Below, piece by piece: positions 1-12,049 of a DNA stretch of 64,000 nt; position 1 is the first letter of the stretch; every line of letters starts with the position of its first letter. Made by a program: the position numbers and the translations under genes. The notes under the pieces are model-generated. The model was given only the letters and a program-made list of their open reading frames with translations, was not told the origin of the DNA and did not search any database. Origin of the DNA: Hydrolagus affinis (lineage: Eukaryota); assembly GCA_012026655.1 (NCBI GenBank), contig JAAILG010000150.1, positions 62,001 to 126,000 of the forward strand, in the 5' to 3' direction.

Positions 1-763
1 AAGGATTATTTTTGAATTGTTGAAAGAGTACTTTTTTTAAAAAAAACGTTTATTTTGTAGCTCAGAGATATGTTTGACCCATTTAGCACATTGTCTCTGG
101 TTGGCTCAGAAAAAATTCTCCAGGACTCTCTTTTTACAGTTTTGCACTTGGGAGCTGATGGTGGTTGAAAATTTTTCCAATGAGCCTTAAAGTGCTCCTG
201 CAGTAGAATTGGTTTACCAAATGGGTGACTTTTGGACTTTTGACTGATACGGAGTACATGAACTCCTGTCCTCATACATGCTTGAGGCAAGTTCCCTGCC
301 GTACCTCCATCCCTTAGGTATAGCAAGTATTTTAGCAACTCTTTTCTTTTGTACCAACACTGAATACTATCAATGTGACTTTGAGTCTTGCAGCTTGTTT
401 CCACCCCTTGACATTTCTCTTCCCTCCTTTAAGAATAGCATAAAATATATTTATAGTATTTATTTAATATTTATTTAATATTTATATAGTATCAGCGACG
501 TGGAAGGCACTCTATCAATGTAATTTTGTTGTTGCTGTATTTTACGCTTTTTAAATATAATCAATATCCATTATCTGTTGACCTTATAAGATTCTGGTTT
601 CCCATTCAACTTTTGTTGTGTTTGATTTTTTATTGCAATTGGAAATTGAAAAATAAATATTTTAAATAAATGAAGGTCCATGATTACAATGACGCTGACC
701 CTAAAAAATACAAATTAAGACACATAATTGTAGTTAAAATTCTCCAACTGATTAATTGTTTAT

Positions 764-911
764 CCAGAGATAACAAGCCCTCATATGCAGGACACCACAG
801 ATTGAAAACGAGGACGACAAAGACTGAAAGCTTCAACACCAGCCAGAAAGGCACAAATTCTGGTCGATCAGATATCAGAAATATGACCAACTGACACTCG
901 CAACCATTTAT
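764..911 (-). pseudogene. RANBP17: Heavily decayed candidate exon of the RANBP17-like pseudogene (approx. human exon 24)
   Basis: A good acceptor (ttttatctttacag) lies 83 bp downstream of the 995-1202 exon. The segment is 148 bp versus ~139 expected. It ends GAG GGC TTG TTA TCT CTG G (EGLLSL-D vs EGLTTL-D) in the expected phase, and the donor position reads ATAAAC instead of GT. Internal similarity is weak. Confidence 0.5.
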
Positions 912-994
912 CTGTAAAGATAAAACAGTACACTGTTTTACATCGTAATATCTCTGATGCTAGAGAAAGAGCATTAGGATTCAGAGCCACTTAC

Positions 995-1202
995 CAACAG
1001 GTCACTGTGAGACCTTTACTGTGAACAGCATTTTTAGAAAGGTCTGTAATGCATTGTCCAAGTACAGCTCGAAAACACCAAAGTTGACATAGTTTCCACA
1101 GAGGGATGCCTTCAGCTCTGCGAGGCAGATGGTTGATGCCCTTGAGTTTCAGTGGATAAACCTGATCTGTGGGGATCTTCCTGAGGGATAGGATCTAGTT
1201 AC
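995..1202 (-). pseudogene. RANBP17: Pseudo-exon of an exportin-7/RANBP17-family gene (approx. human RANBP17 exon 23)
   Basis: Acceptor ctttttcactgccatag| and donor |gtaagt are intact. It reads [22 protein letters not shown](+1)[24 protein letters not shown](-12 nt)[15 protein letters not shown](+4)SHSDLL, versus RANBP17 [72 protein letters not shown]. The length of 208 equals 215-12+1+4. There is a TAG at 1195-1197. Confidence 0.95.
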
Positions 1203-2099
1203 CTATGGCAGTGAAAAAGAAAGCTTGTCAATGGAAGAGGAGTGAGTATCAACAATGCCTCAGCTTAAACTAACTTGTCATCCAATTAACCCCTTCAGTG
1301 AGGCAGGAAAGTCATGAATTACCCGCCATCTGGCCATCAGTCATATGATATTGAAGCATCTTCCTTACACCACAACCCATTCGCGTCTCTAAGTACAAAT
1401 GAATGCCGTTACCTAACAGTCATGTGCACATCAAGCACACAAACTGTTACAATCAAACATGTGACAACAACAGCAACTTGATTTATATAGTGCCCTCCAC
1501 TCCAGACGGCGTCTCAGAGCGCTTAAACACTTACACACATCCAGCGCCCAAACTGTTAGTCATACATCAACTGCAAATCACTGTTAATGGTCACACACAT
1601 CCACCACATAAACTGTTAATCACACACATCTACTTACTGTTATCCAGTCTTCTGTTCACCATCATACTCTTCAATATTCCTCTTTTTGAACATCTATTGC
1701 CCTTTAAATTCATATATGGAATCTGCTTTACGAACTTGCTGTGTAGGACAATCCATATTCCAAACAATTTTTGTACAAATACATGTTTTCCGACCACCCC
1801 TTTAATACCTTGAGATTATTATTTTTGAATCGTATCTTCTCATTACTTTTTTGCTGACAAGTGGAAATAGTCTATTGGTGCAGGGTAATTGCGTGACTCA
1901 GATCCAAACAATTAGACACCGTGTTATAAAATAATTGGCCCCTTGTCCCACTTCCTGGTCATTGGGTTGTTTCCAGTGCCTTGGGACATCCTCCTGAGAT
2001 GAAAGGTGCTATACAAATGCGATTTGTTGTTGTTGTTGCCGACACTGCTTTCTGTTTCTGACTTGAACCGTCAACTTGCTGTGTGTGCGTGTACATGTG

Positions 2100-2314
2100 C
2101 GTGCGAAATGCAGCCAATTGCGCACAGCAGTGTCCCCACAAACAGTCGTGGATTGAAATGACCAATTTTTATTGTTGTGGTTTTCTTTTTGGACAGATTA
2201 TTATTAGGCATGTGGAGTGAGGAAACTTCCTCAAGGTTTCGCCCTGATCTGTCTGGATTCGAACACAGGTTTCATGCTTGTAAGGCGGTCTAACCACTGA
2301 GCTACAGGAGCTCC
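2100..2314 (-). mobile_element. tRNA-derived SINE, family A, 3'-truncated
   Basis: Reverse complement of the family head (GTAGCTCAGTGGTTAGA...GTTCGAATCC) and body (GGGACACTGCTGTGCGCAATTGGCTGC). Confidence 0.85.
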
Positions 2315-2610
2315 ACTACTATCAGAAGGCTGAAATTTCTCTGTCGCAGATCAGTTGCTTGTCATTTAATGCTTTACTATTGTAATGGAGGATATGGTAG
2401 ATCAAGGTAGATCACCTCAAACTGTTGCAAGCTTTGCTAGTCACATGGAACCATCAGTATTAAGGCTGCAAAAGGAATCATACATTCAGCATCTTATGGT
2501 TAGGACTGAGATGAAAAGTAATCTTTATAGCAGAAGTTTAGATGTAGCGATCGGTCAATTTGATCTCAGCCTTCCAGATATACCCCCTCACCTCCAGCTA
2601 ATCATATCCT

Positions 2611-2885
2611 GGAATCATGTAGCTCAGTGGTTAGAGCACTTGCCTTGCAAGAGAGAGACCTGGGTTCAATTCCCGGCACGGTGAAACCTTGGGTAAGCTT
2701 CCTTTCTCCACATGCCTGATAATAATCCATAAAAAATAATAATAAATTGGTCATTTCAATCCTCGACTGTTTGTGGGACACTGCTGTACGTAATTGGCTG
2801 CCACGTTTCGCCCACATATATACAGTCAATTCACTTTACAGTGAAGCGCTTTGAGACATCTGTAAGACGTGAAAAGTGCTATGTC
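2611..2885 (+). mobile_element. tRNA-derived SINE, family A (short form)
   Basis: Pol III A box TAGCTCAGTGG and B box GGTTCAATTCC, the shared body, and the tail GTGAAGCGCTTTGAGACATC...GAAAAGTGCTAT. Confidence 0.9.
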
Positions 2886-3224
2886 TGGCGTGTGTTAATT
2901 ACCCTCTGGTTAAAGAAATTATTATTTTGGATCATTCTCAAATTGCCCCTTGCAACACTTTTGTTCTGCTGTCTGGATGTTCCCAAATGTATTGATCTGT
3001 GTGTACAATCCCATTGAAATCTTATATACTCCCTCAAAAAAAAATGTGTAAACTCAGTCCACAACTGTTCATTGGGTGTGCAATTGGCTACTGTATGTCG
3101 CTCATAAAATACAGTCAACCGACTGTAAAATATTTTCTGTAAAGTGATTTGAAACGCCTCAATGAGGTGACAAGGCACTATATCAAATGCAGGGATTACC
3201 ATCATTATTATTATATTAAACCCC

Positions 3225-3268
3225 TCAATCAATCAATCAATCAATCAATCGATCGATCGATCGATCAA
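3225..3268 (+). repeat. Compound microsatellite (TCAA)n-(TCGA)n abutting a minus-strand L2-type tail
   Basis: tcaatcaatcaa...tcgatcgatcgatcaa read directly from the sequence. Confidence 0.95.
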
Positions 3269-3994
3269 AACTTACATTTGTATAGCGCCTTTTCACATCG
3301 AGAGGATGTCCCAAGGCGCTGTACAGTTAGGTAGGGTCGAGTAAACCTCTAAACCTGACCAACCTTGTAAATCTCTGTAATATTTGTATTGTGCTATGGT
3401 GACCACAACTGTATACAATTTTGCAAATGGAGTCTAATCAAGATTGTATGTAAACTTAACATTTAACCATTGAATGATATTCACCTGTGTTACTTCTTAT
3501 GTTCTAGCTCAAATGAACTGGGGTTTGCAGGGGATAGAAGAGGAAAGAAAACACATTCGGTTTATTACCTCTAATGCAAATCTAAGGGAACTCCAATATG
3601 TTGACAGGTGACAACATTAAAATAGGCAGCATACGCTAAGCAACATGATCCACGGGAGCGTTTCAGCAGAGATGTGCCTGACCTCTAACCTTTGTTAAAC
3701 AGGAGAATCTGAGTGACAGGACCTCAATAACACCAAGCTGTAGAGAGCTCCTCCAATGTACTTATGCTGCAAGTTTCAAAAATATTTTACTTACAATTTT
3801 ATTTCAGAATAGCAGGTGGTCTTGTGTAACTAATAGCAGCCTCCTTGCATTGGCTTTAGTTTGAGAAAATATATAGAATCTTTACAGCTGTGGGTAACAT
3901 ACAAAGTTAATTGCATTATGAAAAAACCTTATTAGCTTCATGTTCTTTGAGTATTATTTGTCTCACTCATATGTACTTCAAGATAACATAACAT

Positions 3995-4190
3995 GAATAC
4001 ACACATACAGAGGTACACACTCACACAAACTCATTATGGCAAATAGTGAGACACACACAATTAGCTAATACATACACACACAAAGGTACACACACATAAA
4101 CACGTACAACAACACAAAGTCACACACAAACACATAGCGTTGACAGACATACACAGGTATGCACGATCACCCACAAACACTTATACAAAT
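3995..4190. repeat. Degenerate CA-rich low-complexity tract
   Basis: Repeated acacac/acacat units. Confidence 0.8.
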
Positions 4191-4222
4191 AAATTGAATG
4201 GCAAAGAAAGAATTCTAAATTT

Positions 4223-4303
4223 CGTAATAAAAATCATTTGCAGTTTTCTCTGAAGAGCAAAATTCCATTTCGCGCGAATGAATCAAAGTTCAGCCTCTGT
4301 GAC
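4223..4303 (-). pseudogene. RANBP17: Pseudo-exon of the RANBP17-like gene (approx. human exon 22)
   Basis: After the acceptor actgtag| it reads [22 protein letters not shown], then frameshifts to a TGA at 4234-4236, versus [27 protein letters not shown]. It is 81 bp versus 83 expected, and the GT donor is lost (tacg|aaatt). Confidence 0.93.
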
Positions 4304-5403
4304 CTACAGTATATATATATGACATATAACACAATGAATATTTTGCAGAGAAGACAGACAATTGCATAAGCAGGAAAGAAAGACATTATTTATTATTAAT
4401 GTCATAAATTTTCAAAACCAAAGGAATTTTATAAGATACAAAATTACAAAATTACATTTTTATAGCGCCTTTCACGTCAGGAGGACGTCCCGAGGCGCTT
4501 TAGGCAAAAGCTGAATGAGTTATTTCAAGTCCTACATTTGTAAATATACTCAGTGACTTTCTCAATGCAATTAAAGGGACACATTTCTCTCATTGACTGC
4601 TTGATTAGTCAGACCAGGAGGGGGATACAACAATTTAAACGTGTACAGCACTTTTTAAACAGCGAAAATGTCCCTTTGAAGATAGAGTGAGACAATCAGA
4701 TAGGAGGGAGATAGGGTGATATTGGGCAAATGGCCAAAGCTGTGGTCAAAAGTCCAGTCAATCTGTCTTGGGGAAGGTTTGGAAAGCTAAAAGGGGAGAT
4801 GAGGTGAAGAGATATGGAAAGTGAGTTCCAAGGGACAAGTTTATATTAAAAAAAATGTCTGCAAACATGGCTGCCAATGGTGGGTTATAATTTTAAAAAT
4901 ACAGTACAAAACCAAATTACATTTGTATATCGCTTTTCATGTTGGAGAACGCCATAAATCAGGCCAGAGTTGGTGGCAGAGCAGGGGGAGTGGTCAACGG
5001 AATAGGGATGCAGAAAATTGCAGAGGTGTGGGGTAAAGCCATGAGACATTGATAGCAAGGCTTCATTGGAGGTACATCTGCAGGAACATAAAAGAAGGAC
5101 CCTCAAGCTAGTGTTTTAGCATAGCTCAAATGCAATAACTAGTCGCACTAAATTTGATGAGTGAGTTGATGGACTGGCTGAGGGACAGAACAATTTATTG
5201 ATTTAATTCACCTGGCCAGATCAATATTGTTTCATCAAGCACAAGAATATATCCTTTTTAGAGAAATATATATTCCACAGTTACATCATATATTTTCAGA
5301 CTATCAATTTGGTGAGTCCGTCAACATAAAACAGTGTCGGTTTTATTCTTCTTGTTGTTCCTAAAATCTTCTGCAGAGTTTGGGTACCAATCCCATGGAT
5401 TGT

Positions 5404-5697
5404 GGATTCATGTAGCTCAGTTAGAGCAATCGCCTTGCAAGCAAGAGATTGGGGTTCGAGGCCAGGCAGGGGGCAGAACCTTGCACAAGTTTCCTTACTC
5501 CACACACCTGATAACAATCCCTCAAAAAAAAGGTAATTTCAATCCATGACTATTTGTGGGTCACTGCTGTGTGCAATTGGCTGCTGTGTTTCGCCCACAA
5601 AATATAGTGTCAATTCACTTCATTTTATGAAGCGCTTTGAGACATCCAGAAGATATGAAAAGCACTATGTCAAATGCAAGGATTATTACTATTTTTA
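5404..5697 (+). mobile_element. tRNA-derived SINE, family A
   Basis: Head, body and tail ending AAATGCAAGGATTATTA. Confidence 0.9.
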
Positions 5698-6911
5698 TTG
5701 TTAATTTAATTGTACTTTATTGCACCTAATCCAATAGTTCTCCAAGCAGAAACAAATCATGTACAACATCCTCTCTGCTTCTTAAAATCCTGCTTGATAT
5801 TTTCATCTCAAACATTCATCTGGGTCACACACAAAGTTTCAGAGGTATTGATGAATCTCCAGGTCCTGGGAAGATCTACCATTCAGTGTTTATTCTCTGT
5901 TCCCAGACTCATAATCTTATGATTTACCTGCAGCAAGGTAAATGACACGGCTATTTTGTTCTTTATAAGTATCAAGCCTGATTATATTATGGAATTAATA
6001 ATAATTAATAAGAATATAGAATTTGATATACAAAATGCAAGGATTATTATTACAGCACCTTAGCATATTTATAAAACATCTCAAAATACTTTATAGAATA
6101 TACGGTAAAGTGAATTGACTGTATATTTTATGGGAAAAACGCAGCAGTCAATTGCATTTGCTGGGAACAGACATGTGAGTCATATTGCAATTGCCTGCGT
6201 AACTACTCTTTGTGTATGTATTTACCAGGCAATTGAACTTCAGATTGCATCATGGCATAATAGCCCAATCCTATTCTTAACCAACATCCCATACATTGTA
6301 GTAGGCAATATGGACAGTGATCAAAAGTAGATGCTCTTCTGTCAGGCAATAGGTGCCCTGTTTAGCCAATTGTAACTAAACCGCTTCCCTGGGTGAAATA
6401 TACTATCTTACTACAGACCAGGGATTGAAACTACAGCCTTCTGGTCTGGATGGCTTAAGTCCCACACCAGGAGTTGGTTAGTCTGGTCATGAAAGGTTGA
6501 GATGCCAAGCTATTTGTTGAACAAGCTCAGAAGCAATCCAGCGATGTGCGATCCTCACAGTGTTATGCACAATGGTACCATTATAGTGTGGAGTGCCATC
6601 ATATGCTCAGTACTACTATCAACACCATGTGGACCATGTCAGATATAGCAGAAATGCTCACACTGGAGATTCTTACGTGCTGTTGAGGGATAAGCAAAGA
6701 AATGGTGCATCATCATAGCCAGGGGTAAGTAACACACAGACATAAAGGGGAGGCTGGACTGGCTGGATTGTTAGTGATTATTTCTGATCATGTACATGTG
6801 GTAAAGCCCTTAGACCTTTGAATACTTCAAAAACCAAACTTAGCATTGGCCTCTTTGCATCTCAACAGCACTACAAAGGTTCCTGTCCCTCATTCTCTCT
6901 GTGAGAGAGAC

Positions 6912-7030
6912 CTGTTGCAATCAACTTTAAGCGAAAAAAACAAAATTCTGTTAAGAGGCAGCTGTTGTAGCGATATCAGGGACCCACATCCTGCTCCATT
7001 CTCTACTGCCGTTCCCTGCACTCTGCCTTT
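6912..7030 (-). pseudogene. Possible very decayed exon (approx. human exon 21, ...LQRAVELWYQDP.CTTP.LK...NR)
   Basis: Ordered nucleotide anchors TGCAG..GGCAGTAGAG..TGG..CAGGAT..TACAACA..CTTAA..CAACAG|GT, lying between the exon-20 and exon-22 remnants. The alignment needs two insertions and could be chance. Confidence 0.3.
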
Positions 7031-8354
7031 CTCCAGTTTATATAATAGAGCCGATGGAACAGCCCAGATGACTGACAGGTATTTCCGTGCTCAGCTGCGC
7101 TCCCACAATGAGCTCCTTTAATGTGGTGAGACCAATTAGCTCACTTTAACTTTTCTTGCGGCTTCATTCATGCCTGCAGTGCATGTCACAATATTTACTC
7201 ATATAGCAGCTAAGTCAGTGCAGGCAAAGGGCATGTCAAGTGATAGATACCCCTTCACACTGCCCAATGCTGCCTGGTAATTTGCTCCTCAGCTCTCTCA
7301 TGAAAAGGGAATGCAGGCAAGTTATCATTTAGCCAATATCTAAGTTGTCAGATACGTGAGACAATAAAGAGAGACAGACTGAACTATCACTTGATCTGCT
7401 TCCTTTTACACTATCTTTTTACAGGCCAAATGATTCACTTTTCTTTTTGATCTTTTCGATCAGCAAACTACCCCTAACCATTACTGACAAGGCACATGCG
7501 ATCAAATGCACAGAGTGTACTTAATCAAACCTAGTCAAAGCAATGTCACAAATTCATTAAGTGTCTTAATGACTGCCTTTTATCAGCACTTCTGAACAGG
7601 CACATTCAATCAGCAGGCATACAATGAGATATGTGTTGGCCCATATACTGTGTTTATAAATCTATGAATTTATCAAGCATATTATGATGAGTTGTGCTGC
7701 TTACGAGGAAGCACAGGGAGTTCCAGATATCTGTTATTCACCTAGTGAGGACTGAAACTTGCACTTATCAGATGTCAAATGACCAGCTGGTTGCTACCCT
7801 CTGGGTGGTGGGGGGTAGGGGGTGGGACGCAGGGAGGGAAAGTAAACTGAGTCTTTTTTGAGCTGAGCTGGTTTCAATTCTGTAGAATTCTGGTGGCTGC
7901 AACAAAAGGGATCTCCCAAGTCTGGAGTTAGTTCAGAGGTGAGCAACAAAGATGATCACCTGCGTTGGAGGAATGATCTTTCGGATGATTAGATAAGCAT
8001 CCTTGAAAAGGGGGCCATTTCAGAGAGAGATTACAGAGGGTCTAGGAACTGCTTCTGGGATTCAGAAAATTAACAATACCATCAAATTTGCCAAGGCAGT
8101 GAGGCTAGATAGAACAAGTTCATGGACTTGATGGTTACTTTTAGGTTAGATACCAAGAAGTATTTATTTAAACATAGGGTAATCAATAACTGGAATGAGT
8201 TACCAGAAATGATAGAGGCCAGGACACTAGGATTGAAGAAACAACTTGATAGTTTACTGAGAAGAAGGCAGGACAAGATCAAATGAGCTAAAGTCTAAAG
8301 CAAATGAGTGTGAGAGACACAGAGAGAGAAATATATTTACCTCCTGAGGAGATA

Positions 8355-8498
8355 GGTCCCGAATGCGCGCGCACCCCGAATGTGAGCGCCACACACACAT
8401 GCGCAGTACGAAAACCCCGAAAATATCAATATTTCGGTATATCTTGATATGAGCCCATCGATATATCTAAATCGGAAAATTTCCATATTGACGGACCC
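8355..8498. mobile_element. Candidate small CpG-rich non-autonomous DNA element (MITE-like)
   Basis: Flanked by TA on both sides, with imperfect terminal inverted match GGTCCCG/CGGACCC and a subterminal direct repeat CCCGAATG..GCGC (x2). CpG is much higher than in the surroundings. Confidence 0.4.
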
Positions 8499-8635
8499 TA
8501 ATATGTATGTGTATATATACATATATATATATATAGTTAAGAATGTACAACATTAACTGGGAGGTATTCTGCTTGATACTGTACTTTGCCACAGCTAAGG
8601 GATAAAAACACACAGAAATGGCGGAATAGAACCAT

Positions 8636-9005
8636 GGAGTTCTGTAGCTCAGTGGTTAGAGAACTGGCAAGCAAGAGACCTGGGTTCGATGCCTGGCAGG
8701 GCGAAACATTGTGCAAGTTTCCTTATTGTTTACCAACAGTAAGAAGGAACCCCAATATTAGTCCATTTGCAAATTGCTTTTCCGGGGGTAATAATTCCTT
8801 TAAAATAAATTAACATAATTTGGTCACTTAATCTACAACCATTCATGGGACACTACTGTGCAGCAATTGCCTTCTGCATTTCACCCACAAAATATAATAA
8901 TACTTTGATATACAGTCACTTTATAGTGTATCCTTTGAAGCGCTTCAAGATGTCTTGACGACATGATAAGGCATTATGTCAAATGTGAGGATTATTATTA
9001 TAATA
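8636..9005 (+). mobile_element. tRNA-derived SINE, family A (long form)
   Basis: Family head and tail plus an extra central segment (TTTACCAACAGTAAGAAGGAACCC...GCTTTTCCGGGGGT). Confidence 0.88.
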
Positions 9006-9167
9006 AAAACAATATGTTTTCATGGAGGATGATACAATAACCCAATAACCTGCATTTATATAATGCTCTTCACATGTAGAGCATGTCAATTCTAATTATC
9101 TACTTAAGGCGGAGGTGGAAATTTCAAGGTCAGATGAGGAAATTTCAAGAATGATATGTATTGATGA

Positions 9168-9410
9168 TAATAATAATCCTAGCATTTGATATAGTGCTTT
9201 TCATGTCTTCTAGATGTGTCAAAGCGCTTCACAGAATATACTGTAAAGTGAATTGACTATATATGTGGCCGAAATGCGGCAGTCAATTGCGCACAGCAGT
9301 GTCCCACAAACAGTCATGGATTGAAATGATCAATTTATTATTGTTTTTTTTGTTGAGCGATTATTATTAGGTGTGTGGAGTACGGAAACTTGCCCAAGGT
9401 TTCATCCAGT
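9168..9410 (-). mobile_element. SINE family A, 5'-truncated
   Basis: Reverse-complement match to the body and tail of the other copies. Confidence 0.88.
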
Positions 9411-9411
9411 A

Positions 9412-9625
9412 CAACCAGGCTATGCCAGTTTGTAGACTCCATGAACCTCTATTCTCCTAATATTCACTTCCTCTATTCCTCTCATAACCCTCAATTCTTT
9501 CTCCTTTGAGAGGTATTGATGGGCTGAAGGAGGGAGAGGAATCGAGGGATATGAGAGGAATAGAGGAAGTGAATATTAGCGGAGTAGAGGTTCATTGGAA
9601 TCTACAAACTGGCAGGGCCTAGTTG
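9412..9625. repeat. Inverted repeat with ~95-bp arms derived from CR1-type 3' UTR sequence
   Basis: 9412-9506 is nearly the reverse complement of 9530-9625. The right arm continues into the CR1 terminal motif CTGAATGGCCT. Confidence 0.85.
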
Positions 9626-11588
9626 AACTGAATGGCCTATTTCTAGGCTGTATAATCTATTTATTGTGAAAAGCACAATGTGAGTGTGTTTGGTGTAATT
9701 ATGAACAATGTGATGACAAACAGTATAATACACGGTGTGATTGCTCATGTCTTTAAATGTAAATAATATGAGCCTGGTCTACATTTATTTCTTTACTTCT
9801 GGAAAATATATTTGTGTGATATTTATACCAAGCACTCTGCCTCAAGAGCGCCCTATAAATGCCGTGTTTTATGTTTTTCTCACAAAATATACAGTCAATT
9901 TGCTTTACAGTAGAAAGTATTTCAAGGCAGTATTTCAGTCTGTGAAGCATTTTGAGATGTATTGAAAATGTGATAAGGCCCTATATCAAATACAAGGATC
10001 ATCATCATTATTGTTGTTGTATTCTCCCCTCCCCAATTGAAAATGCAGAGTTCCCCTTCATTTGTGGCAGTTTAAGCCACGGTGCCCCAAAACTCTGGAA
10101 CACTCTCCCTCAATCCCTCCGCCTTGCCCTCAGCCTTTTCAAGTCCTGCCTGAAAACCTTCCTCTTTGACTGTTCTGATGGCCACCTCCCCCCACCAACT
10201 CGAAGTCAGTGTTAAGCACACGTGACGTTACCCGGCCTGGAGGATGTTGTACAAGTGCAAATTGTTGTCGCTGTTGTTGTCTGTGGATTTGTACTCACAG
10301 CGTTGCACGGACGTTTTCTGCATTGCCTCTTAGTATCGGGCACAGATGTTGAGATCTGTGTGACCTCTTACTCAACTGTTTCCATGGAAAACATCAGAGA
10401 TTTATTATTTTTAATAACACTCCAATGCTTCTTGCAGAAACAGTGGATTGAGAGATCAGGCAGGCTATGAGCCAAATGCTGAAAGATCATGGAGATTTTT
10501 ATTGGGTGCCCTTGTGGGAAGGTCAAATGCTAGACATTAGTGACAGTCTAATTTTACAGCAGGGCTGATCTTGATGTTTCTTTATGGTCACTTGGCTGCT
10601 GAATTATTACTGTTATTAAACACATCTTTAAAACTAATTTTGGAGCATGTAGTCACTTGTCTGGAACAGCAGCACTCTTAACAGAAATGTGAAGTGTCTA
10701 CCCTGGTGGGTTAAACGCTGCACTTTCAGAATCACTTGAGAGGTAGAGACAGAAAAAAAAATGACAAATTGCTGGAAAGCTGAAATAGAACCAGTCTTGC
10801 TCTGTGCAGATGCACCTGAAACATCAACAGATATTCTCTTTCAGATGCTGCGCAAATCCAGTGAGTTCTGTTTTCACCTGGTAAGATTGATCATATGTGT
10901 TCTTTCAACCCATCCTCTCCCCCCATCCTATCCTCCCAAACCATCAATGCATTGCTCTCATGTCAGCATTACTCAGTTATATCAACTTTACATGTGCATT
11001 CAATCTTGAAACTGAAAATTCTGTTGTATTATCTGGATAAGATGTTGAGATGAAGTCCTGTCTGCCTGTTCAGGTGGACATTGTTATCTTTTGGATGCAA
11101 ATGTTTACAAACCGCTTGCATTTTCTCATTGTTTTGTTACCCACTCGTACAATGCACAAAGCGATTAGTTCAGAGGGCTGGAGCCTAGGTAGGTTGCAAA
11201 TAACCTGAAAGTTGGAGCTCCATTGTTATTTACCATTGAAGCCCTCACTCCCTGAGCAATATTCAGGACTGAGGAGTTGAGGGACAGGTTGTTCTCTGCA
11301 GTGACAGCCTCTGGGAGAACAGAATATCAGTCCAATTGGGAAACACTGAATCTATAATTTCTCCCCATTACTACACAGATGGATTTGGGCTACAACAACA
11401 ACAACAATTTATATAGCCCTCTCCATGCCGGGCAGTGTCTCAGAGTCCTTTAGGCTACAATCTGTATGCAAGCAAACTTGTATCACTGCCACCCTTCTAC
11501 CAGTTTTTTTTCGTGCAAAGCAAGACCTGACATGATCTCGTGATTTCCTTTGCCCCATCTTAGGAAACTCCAGATGAATGCTCAGAGT

Positions 11589-11945
11589 GGAGCCCTGTGG
11601 CTCCGTGGTTAGAGTTCTCACCTCGCAAGTGAGAGACCCGAGTTCGATTCACAGCAAGGCGAAATGTTGGGTAAGTTTCCTCACTCTACACGCTTCTGTT
11701 GACCTAGCAGTAAGTAGGGACCCGGTTGTTAGTTGATTGGCGGATCACTTTTTCAGGATAATATTCCGTAAAAAAAATTGTAATTTGGTCACTCAAGTGT
11801 TTGTCGGACACTGCTGTGCGCAATTGGCTGCCAGGTTACTTCCCCAAATATACAGTCAATTCACTTTACAGTATATTCTATGAAGCACTTTGAGACGTCT
11901 AAAAGATGTGAAAAGTGCAATATCAAATACAGGTACAAAGATTAT
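11589..11945 (+). mobile_element. tRNA-derived SINE, family A (long form)
   Basis: Head, central CTGTTGACCTAGCAGTAAGTAGGGACCCGG segment, and the shared 3' module. Confidence 0.9.
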
Positions 11946-12049
11946 GTATACTATTTTAGTCTGGCTGAATAGTACAGCTTCCTGTAAGGCACAAACTCAT
12001 GAATGATTACTGCACACCACTATTCAGTTGTGTTACAAACTGAATTATG

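Noticed and set aside
6-404. 132-aa minus-strand ORF at the position where the next RANBP17 exon might lie
   Set aside because: Only a trivial resemblance (TSC..HI), no acceptor site and no recognisable domain.
2611-2685. tRNA-like sequences here and at other SINE heads
   Set aside because: No acceptor-stem pairing, variable anticodon, and always continuing into the SINE body; not tRNA genes.
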